Source of the DNA: the human T2T-CHM13v2.0 reference genome, Homo sapiens
Assembly: GCF_009914755.1 (NCBI RefSeq)
Contig: NC_060937.1
Length of the DNA stretch: 64,000 nucleotides
Direction: 5' to 3' (one strand)
This document shows, in pieces, positions 42,934-54,801 of this stretch. Position 1 is the stretch's first letter; each line of letters starts with the position of its first letter. Under the pieces are notes generated by a model. That model ran no database searches and had not been told where the DNA came from. It worked only from the letters and a program-made list of their open reading frames with translations. A program made the position numbers and the translations under genes.

Positions 42934-43075
42934 CCTGAACACACCACCTGGAACTAAAGTTAAGCTCTCAGGCATTGTTGACATAAAAAATGGATTCCTG
43001 CTCTTGAATGACTCTAACACCACAGTTCTTGGTGGTGAAGTGGAACACCTTATTGAGAAATGGGAGTTACAGAGA
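42934..43075 (+). CDS. TDRD3: TDRD3 coding exon (inferred exon 5), 142 nt, phase 2 to 0: (S)[47 protein letters not shown]
   Basis: Acceptor ctctttgctttag|C and donor AGA|gtaagt. OB-fold motifs PPGTK and VLGGEV; AG|C completes the Ser codon begun in exon 4. Confidence 0.96.
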
Positions 43076-45115
43076 GTAAGTGTAAACTATGGCTTGAACT
43101 TTTGAAACATTACACTCTTTTTTATTGCATTAAAGAGCTCTTTCAATAATGAGTAAAATTAGTTCTTTGTGTCGGAGTTGAATAGAATGGAATATGATTA
43201 TCTTTAGAGAAACTATCTTTGTCTAAGTGTATTGTTTCTCTAAAGTAGATATACTTTTTCAGTATTTGTTACATTTTATTACTTATGTTTAAACATTCTT
43301 TCCTGACAAGTTTCAAAACTGTCAAGATACCAGTTATAAGCTATGTACAATTTATTTGTGTATAATTCTTTCTGCAAAAAACAAAAGTGCATCTATGTGA
43401 ATATATGTATACCTGTCTTATCTACAGACACACATACGTGCAAGTAAAAGTAAGTTAGAATTTCACTGTAATGGAGGAGTTCTTGTTGCACTTGACTTCC
43501 TAGTCTCATTAGCTAATATTTTTCCCCATTTATATTAACAATATCTTCATCTTTCCAGTCATGTAGGTTATCTTGTAATTGTTCCTCTACTTTGCTTCCA
43601 ACAACCATTTCTGTTGATCCATTGCAGTCAAATCTCGTATCACTTCCTTGCTCTCCAGTTCTTATTATTACTGTAGTGTAGGTCTTTAGTATCTCTTGCC
43701 TGGACTGCTGTATTAGCCTTCTGACTGTCTATCCACATATCCTTTCTCCATCTTCTAATTTATTTTATGTACTTTCACCAGGTTTTCTTCCTTCAGCATA
43801 GTTGAGATGCTTTTATTTCAAATGCCTTAATTTGAGATTGAATGCCATTTATATTCTAGCCCTAGTTCCAGTTTACGTTTAATTTTCAACTTTCTAAATT
43901 CTTCCACATAGATCTTGTTGTAGCCAAATGGAGTTGCTTCGTCTTTCTTTGATGCTCTATGATTTCCTCAGTTATACATTTTTAATTAAACGTTTTTCCA
44001 TTTTTACATTATTCATCTTGTTTTTTCTCTCCTGATCCCCGCATAGCCAAATCATCCCTGTGCTTTTAGACCCAGATCAAATGATTGCTTCTTCTCAAGG
44101 TGAAGTACTTGTTTCCTTATTGAATTCTTTAAACATTTTATTCTTTTTGTGTATTGCTTTTTACCTAGCACTAAAATTATGTTCATTTCTCATCTCCTGT
44201 AACAGATAGTATGCTTCTGAGGTCAGAATTTTTGTTTGTATCATCTTTCTTAAGTTCTGCACGTATCTGTTGAACAATGTGTAGATACTGTGCTGGGATC
44301 TTGCATCTGTATCTCAAGTTATCCTCCTAGTAGTCTTTATAAGGGCTGTTAAATAACTTACTTTATGATTAGACAGATGATGGATCTGAGCACAATCCAA
44401 GACCATTTTTTTCTGTTATACCAGAGTAGCCTTTTTGCAATCTCCAAAGCAGTAGCTCTGAACTTTACATGTAATAGATGTTATAAAAAATACTTGTGGT
44501 ATAAATGAATTACAAAGCACATAAAAAATATTTGTGGAACAAATGAATAGCAAAACTGATTACTCCTCGAGCTGAAATGTATTCTTGTGACACCCTCAAA
44601 TCTTGCCTGTTTTGTAAAGTCAGCCAAAGGCCTAAGCAATATTTCAAGCTTTTGGTATTTTGTGATACACTACTCTCTCCTATTTTCTTAGTTGGGAAGT
44701 GCCTGTGTTTGGGAGGTAAATAGATAAGGACCTTAGGCACATTTTTATTCCTTAGTACTAATTTCTTATGATACTAATGTGCTGTGATTTGGGTTGCTGT
44801 ACTATGCAATATAAAGTAATGTTCCACAACTGCATTGTTTAATTGAAAATGTCCCAAAAAAGTAATTCAGAAGTAGCTTAATAGTTCTACATAAACAGCC
44901 AAGTTTGTGAACTTTGAATTTCCTGGAGAAACTACCCATTTCATGTGATCTTTTCATATGTTGATATAATTGTATTTTTTTAATCAGTAGAGATTTTTTA
45001 AAGTGTGGTAAAAAGTTCTCAACTCTAATACCTTATATAATTTTCCCACAACCCAGTCCCATAGCCAGGACCACTTTGCTAACAACTGTAAACATTCCTA
45101 GTAACCTTCTCACCA

Positions 45116-45151
45116 ACACACACACACACATACACACACACACACACACAC
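45116..45151. repeat. (CA)n microsatellite
   Basis: Read directly from the sequence. Confidence 0.9.
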
Positions 45152-45556
45152 GGAGTTTAGTAGTAGTTTAATAGTTGCCCTTGAAATGTTTAATTATATG
45201 TCTCTGCACTTGACTTCCTGCAAGCCACATTAGTATTTCTTGTTAGGGAGTGATAAAAATTTACATTTAAAATCATTTTAAAACATTTTAATATGATTAT
45301 AGTTCTTTTTGGCTTTATAGTTTTTGATTTGGTAGCCACAGCAATGTAGGAAACAGGGAAAGTGCAGTTACTTGAGCAGCTGGCAGTGATATACATAGAA
45401 ATTATAAACCATAAAGCTAATGTTGGAAGTGAAGAAGCACTAAGCATTCAGTAAACTATATGCAGGCATTGTAACTGTAGCAAGTTGGTGCCAGATGTAA
45501 TTTACAAAATACTGTAGTTCTATAAGTTTTAGTGCCCCCAAACTGTAGATTAAAAA

Positions 45557-47970
45557 ATGTTTTTATTGTGGCAAAGTATACATAACATAAAATTTAACAT
45601 TTTAACCATTTTTTAAATGTAAATTTCAGTGGCATTAAGAACATTCGCATTGTTGCACAGCTGGTACCACCATCCACTTCCCTAACTTTTTCATCTTCCC
45701 AAACTTAAACTCTGTACCCATTAAACAGTAACTCTGCATTCCTTCCTCCTCTCAGTCTTGGGCAACCACCATTCTACTTTCTGTCTCTGAATTTGACGAA
45801 GTAACTCATATGTGTGGAATCATACAGTATATATCTTTTTTGTGCCTGACTTATTTCACTTAGCATAGAATTTTCAGTGTTCATCTATGTTGCAGCATGT
45901 GTCAGAATTTCCTTCCTTTTTAAGGTTGGATAGTACTCTATATCTATACCATCTTTTGTTCATTTATCCATCAATGGACATTAGGGTTGTTTTCACTTTT
46001 TAAGTCTTATGAATAATGCTGTTATGAACATGGGTACACAAATACCTCTTTGAGACCCAGCTTTCAATTCTTTTGTGTGATCTAGAAGTGGGATTGCTGG
46101 ACCATATAATTGTATTTTTAATTTTTTGAAGAATTGCCATACTGTTTTATATTTACTTTACACTCATTTCCACCAGGATATTACAGGGGTTCCAGTTTTT
46201 TACATCCTCACCAACGGTTGGTATTTTGTGTCTTTTTGATAGTAGCCATTCTAACATGGGTAAAATAGAATATCATTATAGTTGGGTTTTTTTTTTTTTT
46301 TTTTGATATGGAGTGTTGCCCAGGCTGGAGTACAATGGCACGATTTCGGCTTACTGCAACCTCTGCCTCCCAGGTTCAAGCGATCTCCTGTCTCAGCCTC
46401 CCGAGTAGCTGGGATTACAGGTGTGCACCACCATGCCCAGATAATTTTTGTATTTTTAGTAGAGACGGGGTTTCACTATGTTGGCCAGGCTGGTCTCCAA
46501 CTCCTGACTTCAGGTGATCTGCCGGTCTCAGCCTCTAAAAGTGCTGGGATTATAGGTGTAAGCCACCATGCCCGGCCTTCATTATAGTTTTGATTTGTAT
46601 TTCCCTAATGCTTAGTAATATTGAGCATCTTTTTGTGTGCTTATTGGCCATGCGTAGATCTTCTTTGGAGAAATTTCTATTCAAGTCCTTTGCCCATTTT
46701 TAATCAGGTCAGCTGTTGTTGTTGTTATTGTATGAGTTATGTATAGATTCTAGATATCAATTCCTACTAACATAATATGTTTTGCAAATATTTTTCCCAT
46801 CCCATGTGTTGCCTTTTCACTGTGTTGGTAGTGTCTTTTGATGCACAGAATTGTTGAAGAGTTTTTATAGGTTTAGCTTTTATGCTTAGGTCTTTGATCC
46901 ATTTTGAGTTAATTTTTGTATTAGTAAAGGGTCCAAATTCATACTTTTGCATGTGAATATCCAGTTTTCCCAGCACTACTTTTTGAAAATAGTGTTCTTA
47001 ATGAATGATCTTGTCAGCCTTATCAAAAATTATTTGGCCATATATGAACAAATTTATTTCTAGGTTATCTGTTCTGTTTCACTGGTCTAAATGTCTATCT
47101 TTATGCCACACTGTTTTGATTACTGTAACTTTTTATTAAGTTTCATAATTGGAAAGTGAGACCTTTTTCAGGATTGTTTTGGCTATTCAGTATTGAGATT
47201 CCTTATGAATTATAGGATAGATTTTTCTATTTCTGCAAAAAAAAAAAATCATTGGGGTTTTGATAAGGATTATGTTGACTCTATTGACCACTCAGTATTG
47301 ATATCTTAACAATATTAAATCTTTCAATTCATGACCATGGGAAGTCCTTTTCACATTGTTCTAAATTGTTAGTGTAGAGAAACACAACTGATTTCTCTGT
47401 GTTGATTTTGCGTACTCCAACTTTATTGAATTTAGTATTCTAACAGTTTTTTTTTCTTTTTAGTGTGGAATGTTTGGAGTTTTCTACATATAAGATCACG
47501 TTATCTGTGAAGAGTTAATTTTATTTCTTCCTTCTCAATTTGAATACCTTTATTTATTTTTCTTGCCTTATTTAGCCCTGGCTAAAACTTTTAATATAGT
47601 GTTGAATGGAAGTGATGAAAATGACATCCTTCTCTTGTTCTTGATCTTAGAGGAAACACCTTCAGTCCTTCACTATTGAATATGATGTTAGTGGTGGGTT
47701 TTTTATATATGGCTTTTATCAGGTTTGAGTAGTTCCTTTCTATTTTTAGTTTGTCGTATATTTTTATTATAAAAGTGTGTTTGGTTTTGTGAGATGCTTC
47801 CTCTGCGTCAATTGAGATGATCATGTGTTTTTCCCCTGCTTCATTCTGTTAATGCGTTACATTGATTGATTTTTATATGTCGAAGCATTCTTGTATTTTG
47901 GGAATAAATCACATTTGGTCATGGTCTCTAATGCTTTTTATATGGTATGGGATTCTGATTACTGGTTTTT
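45557..47970 (-). mobile_element. L1MB-type LINE (3'UTR and ORF2 fragments)
   Basis: Minus-strand RT-like peptide IISIDAEEA...PLRSRTREGC; 3' end ttattgtggcaaagtatacataacataaaattt. Confidence 0.88.
46287..46577 (-). mobile_element. Alu SINE (AluS-like) nested in L1
   Basis: Antisense Alu; TSD tcattatagtt. Confidence 0.92.
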
Positions 47971-47989
47971 CATTGATGATAGATTACTT

Positions 47990-48602
47990 TTTTCCTAATT
48001 TCTAAAATTTTGGTAAAATACACATAACGTAAAATTTACCATCTTAACCATCTTAGATGTACAGTAGTTTAAAACACATTCACAAATGTTCAACATCACT
48101 AATCAAAATGTAAATCAAATACAGCGAGATATACTACCCTACAGCCATTATCCATTACAATGTCTACTGTAAAACAAACAAACAAACAAAAACCCCCAGA
48201 AAATAGCAGGTGTTGGCGAAGATGTGGAAAAATTGGAACTAAGCCTTGTGAACTCCTGGTGGGAATATAAAATGGCATAGTTGCTACAGAAAACAGTATG
48301 GCAGTTCCTCAAAAAATTAAAAATAGAATTACCATATGATCCATCAATTCCACTTCTGGCTATAAACCCAAAAGAATGGAAAACAGGTCTTGAAGAAATA
48401 TTTGTGTACCCTTGTTTACAGCGGCAGAGGGCATTATGCTAAGTGAAATAAGCTGGGTATAAAAAGACAAATACTGTGTGATTCTACTTATGTGAGGTAC
48501 TGAAAGTAGCAAAAATTATAGAGAGAGAGTACAATGGTGATTTCCACGGACTGGGGGAGGAGAGAATGGGGGAGTTATTGTTTAATGAGTATAGAGTTTC
48601 AG
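47990..48602. mobile_element. L1MB-type element with internal inversion
   Basis: Antisense L1 3' terminus (about 47990-48084) fused to a sense ORF2-end/3'UTR segment (about 48085-48602). Confidence 0.7.
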
Positions 48603-48699
48603 CATTAGTAGACCATTTACTTTTAATGGAATTCAGTATGGAAAGTTTTAATTCTACTATCTTGCTATTTCTTTTGTTGTTGTTTTGCTTTTTGTTTCC

Positions 48700-49085
48700 T
48701 GTTTTACTCCATTTTCTGCTGCTATAACAGAATACCACAGACTGGGTAATTTATGAAGAAAAGAAATTTATTTCTCACAGTTCCAGAGGCCCAGAAGTAC
48801 AATAACATGGCTTTGGTATCTCACCAGGGCCTTCCTGCTGCATCATAACATGGTGGAAGGACAAGTAAGCATGTGAGACAGAGAGAGGCTGGGACATAAA
48901 CTTCATCTTTCATCAGGATCCCACTCCCAAGATAACTAACCCATTCCTGTGATAACAGCATTAATCTATTCATGAGGGAAAAATATTCATAATCTTATCA
49001 CCCCTTGAAGGTCCTACCTCTTAACACTGTTACAATGGCAATTACATTTCAATATAAGTTTTGGAGAGACAGTCAAATCATAGCA
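48700..49085 (-). mobile_element. MaLR solo LTR (MST family)
   Basis: gctgctataacagaataccacagactgggtaatttat...caaatcatagca; (t/c)ttcc TSD. Confidence 0.88.
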
Positions 49086-49153
49086 CTTCCTTTTAAATGA
49101 ATTGCATTTTTTAAATGATTCTGTTATCTGCATTATTAGCTTATCAGCTATAT

Positions 49154-50187
49154 TGTGGGCGGCAAGCCACCCAGGTGCCAAGGCAAGAGACCGAGGGCAC
49201 AAACTGTTCCAGCATAATAAAACATATAGAATAAGAATAGTTATACTAGAAATAGATTATAGATATGATTATATGTGAATATCATTAATTATTAGTTTGT
49301 AGTATTACTCTTTATTCCAATATTATAATAATTTTTGTTTTATAATTATAACCTAGGAAAAACCAGGCCATACAGAGATAGGAGCTGAAGGGACATGGTG
49401 AGAAGTGACCAGAAGACAAGAGTGTGAGCCCTCTGTTATGCCCGGACAGGGCCACTAGAGGGCTCCCTGGTCTAGCGGACAAGGCCACTAGAGGGCTCCC
49501 TGGGCTAGCAGTAACGCCCTCGCCTGGGAAGGTGCCGATTACCTAGTGGACCTTGGCCTAGCGGTAGCGTCAGTACCTGGGGAAGGCACCCGTTACTTAA
49601 CAGACCAGGAAAGGGAGTCTCCCTTTCCCTGGGGGAGTTAGAGAAGACTCTGCTCCACCACCTCTTGTGAAAGGCCTGACTGATGGCAGGCTTGTCCTCA
49701 GCCATCCAGAGGCCTGACTGTCTCCCTGTGATGCTGTACTTCAGTGGTCACGCTCCTGATCCGCTTTCATGTTCCACCCTGTACACCTGGCTCCACCTTT
49801 TAGATAGCAGTAGCAGAATTAGTGAAAGTACTAAAAGTCTTTGAAATGCATAGAAGAAATAATGGCGTAAGCTGTCCTCTCTCTCTCTCCGCCTTGGCTG
49901 CCAAACAGGGAAGGGCCCCTCTGGTGGACACGTGACTCGCATGACCTTACCTATCATTGTAGATGGCTCACACTCCTTACCCTGCCCCCTTGTCTTGTAT
50001 CCAATAAATAACAGCATAGCTAGGCATTCGGGGTCACTACCGGTCTCCGCGCCTTGGTGGTAGTGGCCCCCCCCGGGCCCAGCTGTCCTTTCTTCTGTCT
50101 CTTTGTGTTGTGTCTTTATTTCTACATACTCTCATCTCCACACACGAGGAGAAAAAACCCACAGACCTTGTAGGGCTGGGCCCTATA
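49154..50187 (+). mobile_element. Full-length solo LTR13-family (ERVK) LTR
   Basis: Starts tgtgggcggcaagccacccaggtgcc and ends gggctgggccctata; perfect 6-bp TSD ctatat (49148-49153, 50188-50193); AATAAA at 50003. Confidence 0.9.
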
Positions 50188-52892
50188 CTATATGACTGTG
50201 TTTTTGTTTTTAAGTGGTTGCTGTAAGGTTTAAGATGTGTACCCTTGACTTCTTTCTTTCTACCTTCAATAATACATACCACTTTATGCGTATTGTAAGA
50301 CCCATACAATTATATGCTTTCATGTACCCAGTTTTGTCTCTATGCTGGTTTTGTTATATACTTTACATTCGTTACGAAGGTCACAACACGTTTTAATTTT
50401 TTTCCCTTAAATGGTTTTTAAAACAATGAAACAATTTTTAAAAGATATTTTTGTCTTTCTACACATTTACCATTTCCGTCCCTCTCTCTTTTCTTTGGTA
50501 AAGATCAAGTTCCTGCATGGTGTGTCTTTTAGTTCAGGTTAGCTGATGATGAAGTGTTTTAGTTTTGGTTTGTCAGAATGTTTTTTTTTTCTTTACTTTT
50601 TAAGGATATTTTCTCTGAATGTATGTTTCTACATTGAAAGATTTTTTAAATTTTTCTTAAGTGTTTTAAGGACATCATCTCATTGTCAATTACCTGGTAT
50701 ACTATCTACAGTCTGTAGTAATCTTTTTTTATGTAATGTATCTTTTCTTTATCTACTTTTAAGTCTTTTCCTTTTTTTTTTCTTCCTATTTTTATTTTAG
50801 GTTAAGGAGGTGCATGTGCAGGCTTCTTAACATGGGTAAATTGTGTGTCACTGAGGCTTGGTGTATCAAAGATCCCATCACCCATGTAGTGAGCATAGTA
50901 CCCTATAGGTAGCCTTCCAACTTATTTCCTCCTCCCACCCTTCTCCCTTAAGCAGTCCCCAGTGTCTCTTGTTCCCATCTCTGTGTCCATGTGTACTCAG
51001 TGTTTATTTAGCTCCCACTTATAAGTGAGAACATATGGTATTTGGTTTTCTGTTCCTGCCTTAGTTTGCTTAGAATGATGGCCTCCAGATGCATCCATAT
51101 TGCTGCAAAGGACATTATTTCATTCTTATTTATGGCTGTGTAGTATTCTATCATGTATATCTACCACATTTTCTTTATCCAGTTCTGTGTCGATGGACCT
51201 CTTCACTGATTCCATGTCTTTGCTGTTGTGAAGAGTGCTGCAATGAACAAACAAGTGCATGTGTCTTATGTGCAGTAATAGTAGTTGAACTCTTAGTTCT
51301 TTGAGGAATCTCCGAACTGTTTTCCACAGTGGCTGGACTAGTTTACATTCCCAGCAACTGTGTATGTGTATTTTCCTTTCTTGGCAACCTTGCCAGCATT
51401 GGTTGTTTTTTGACTTTTTAATAATAGCCATTCTGTTATGAGATGGTATCACATTGTGGTTTTGATTTACATTTCTCTAATGATTAGTGATAATGAGCAT
51501 TTTTTTCATATGTTTGTTGGCCATTTGTATGTCTTCTTTTGAGAAATGTTCGTTCATGTCCTTTGCCTATTCTTTAATGAGGTTGTTTTTTGCTTGCTGA
51601 TTTGTTTAAATTCCTTATAGATTCGGGATAGTAGACCTTTGTTGGATGTACAGTTGACAAATATGTTTTCCCATTCTGTAGGTTTTCTGTGTACCCTGTT
51701 TATAGTTTCCTTTGCTGTGCAGAAGCTCTTTAGTTTAATTGGGTCCCACTTCTTATTTTTGTTTTTTGTTACAGTTGCTCTTGAGGACTTGGTTGTAAAT
51801 TCTTTGCCAAGGCTAGTCTCAAGAAGGGTATTTCCTAGGGTTTCTTCTAGGGTTTTTATTGTTTTAGATGTTACATTAAAGTCTTTAATTCTTCTTGAGT
51901 TAATGTTTGCGTATGATGACTGGAAGGGGTCCAGTTTCAATCTTCTGCATATTGGCTAGCCAGTTATCCCAGCATCATTTATTGAATAGGAATTCCTTTC
52001 CTCATTGTTTGTTATTGTCAGCTGTGTCAAAGATCAGGCGTTTGTAGTTGTATCACTTTATTTCTAGGTTCTTTATCCTGTTCCATTGGTCCGTGAGTCT
52101 GTTTTTGTACCCAGTACTCATTGTTATATTTTTGTACCAATACCATTCTGTTTTGGTTATTGTAGCCTTGTAGTATAGTTTGAAGTTGGACAGCTTTGTT
52201 CTTTTTGCTTAGGATTGTATTGGTGATATGGGCTCATTTTTGGTTCCATATGAATTTTAGAATAGTTTTTTTTTCTAATTCTGTGAAGAATAACATTGAT
52301 AGTTTGATAGGAATAGTGTTGAATCTCTAAATGGCTTTGGATAGTGTGACCATTTTAATGATATTGGTTCTTGCCAATATCTGTGGGCATGGAACGTTTC
52401 CATTTTTTTGTGTTGTCTCTGATTTCTTTGAGCAATGTTTTGTAATTCTCATTGTAGAGATCTTTCGCCTCTTTGTTAAGCTGTATTCCTAGGTATTTTA
52501 TTCTTTTTATGGCCATTGTAAATGGGTTTGCATTCTTGATTTGAGTCTGGGTGCTATTGGCATACAGAAATGCAACTGATTTTTATACATTGATTTTGTA
52601 TGCTGAAACTTTACTGAATTTGTTTATCGGCTCTAGAAGCCTTCTGGTGGAGTCTGTGGGGTTTTCTAGATATAGAATGATATCATCAGCAAAGAGAGAT
52701 AGTTTGACTTTTTTTTTTATTTGGATGTCATATATTTCTTTCTCTTGCATAATTCCTCTGGCAAAGACTTCTAGTACTATGTTGAATAGAAGTAGTGAAA
52801 GTGGGCATCCTTGTCTTGTTTCAATTATCAAGGAGAATGCTTCAGCTTTTGCCTGTTGAGTATGATGTTGGCTATACGTTTGTTATAGATGG

Positions 52893-53210
52893 TTATTATT
52901 ATTATTATTGTTATTATTATTATTATTAAGACAGAATCTTGCTCTGTCACACAGGCTGAAGCACAATGGCAGAATCATAGTTCAATACAACCTTGAACTC
53001 CTGGGTTCAAGGGATCCTCCTGCCTCAGTCTCCTGAGTAGCTGACACTACAGGTGCACACCACCAAGTCTGGCTAATTTTTAAATTTTTTATAGAGATGA
53101 GGTCTTTCTTTGTTGCCCAAGCTGGTCTCAAACTCCTAGCCTCAAGCAATCCTCCTTGTTTGGCCTCCCAAAGTGCTGTGATTACAGCCTTGAGTCACTG
53201 TGCCCAGCTC
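52893..53210 (-). mobile_element. Alu SINE (AluJ-like) with (TTA)n tail
   Basis: Antisense Alu; gatgg...ttatt TSD. Confidence 0.9.
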
Positions 53211-53983
53211 GATGGCTCTTATTATTTTGAGATATGTTCCTTATATGTCTAGTTTGTTGAGAGTTTTTAATATGAAGGAATGTTGAATTTTATTGAAGGC
53301 CTTTTCTGCATCTATTAAGATGATTATGTAGTTTTTGTTGTTAATTCTGTTTATGTGGTGAATCACATGTATTGATTTGCATATGTTGAACCAACATTGC
53401 ATCCCAGGGATAAAGACCAGTTGATTATATTGAATTAACTTTTTGATGTGCTGCTGGATTAGTTTGCTAGTATTTTATTGAAGATCTTCTCATCTACGTG
53501 CATCAGGAATACTGGCCTGAAGTTTTTTGTTGTTGTTGCATCTTTGCCAGATTTTGACATCAGGATGATGCTGGCTTTGTGCAAAGAAGTAGGGAGAATT
53601 TCCTCCTTCTTGATATTTATGGAACAGTTTCGGTAGGATTGGTATCAGTTCTTCTTTGTATGTCTTAAAGAATTTGGCTGTGAATGTATCTGGTCTAGGA
53701 TTTTTTTGGTTAAGAGATTTTTTTTTATTAATTATTCAATTTCAAAACTTGTTATTGGTCTGGTCAGGTTTTCACTCCCTTCCTGGTTCATTCAGTCTTT
53801 GGAGATTGCTTCTAGGAATGTATGCATTTCCTCTAGATTTTCTAGTCTGTGTGCATAGAGATGTTCATAGTTTCTGAGGATCTTTTGTATTTCTGTGGGA
53901 TTGGTTGTAATACCATATTTGTGATTTCTGATTGTACCGATTTGGATCTTCTCTCTTTTTTGTTAATCTAGCTAGCAGTCTAC

Positions 53984-53986
<3 letters not shown>

Positions 53987-54014
<28 letters not shown>

Positions 54015-54300
54015 GAGACAGAGTCTCACTGTGTCTCCCAGGCTGGAGTAGTGCAGTGATGCAATCTCGGCTCACTGCAGCCTTCAACTCCAGAGTTCAA
54101 GCAATTCTTGTGCCTCAGCCTCCCAAGTAGCTGGGGTTGCAAGCCCGTGCCACCACATGTGGCTAATTTTGGCATTTTTAGTAGAGATGGGGTTTCAGAA
54201 TGTTGGCCAGGGTGGTCTCAAACTCCTGACCAGAAGTGATCTGCCCACCTTGTCCTCCCAAAGTGCTGGGATTACAGGCATGAGCTACCGTGCCCGGTCC
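53987..54300 (-). mobile_element. Alu SINE
   Basis: T28 tail; TSD cagtct(ac/gt)caat. Confidence 0.92.
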
Positions 54301-54496
54301 ACAGTCTGTCAATCTTAGTTTATTCTTTCAAAGAACCATCTTTTTGTTCCATTGATCTTTTATTTGGATTTTGGCATCTCATTTTCACTTAGTTCTCTGA
54401 TTTTAGTTATTTCTTTTCTTCTGCTAGCTTCAGGGTTAGTTTGTTCTTTTTATTCTTGTTCTTCTAGGTGCAACATTAGATTGTTAATTTGAGGAC

Positions 54497-54801
54497 TTTT
54501 TTTTTTTTTTTTTTTTGAGATGGAGTCTCACTGTGTCATCCAGGCCAGAGTGCTGTGGTGCAATCTTGGCTCACTGCAACCTCTGCTTCTGGGGTTCAAG
54601 CAATTCTCCTGCCTCAGTCTCCTAAGTAGCTGGAACTACAGGCACACACCACCATGCCTAGCTGATTTTTTTTTTGTATTTTTAGTAGACAGGGTGTCAC
54701 CATCTTGGCCGGGCTGGTCTTGAACTCCTGACCTCAAGTGATCTGACTGCCTTGGCCTCTCAAAGAGCTGGGATTAGAGGCATGAGCCACCACACCCAGC
54801 C
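54497..54801 (-). mobile_element. Alu SINE
   Basis: T-run tail; TSD aatttgag. Confidence 0.92.
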
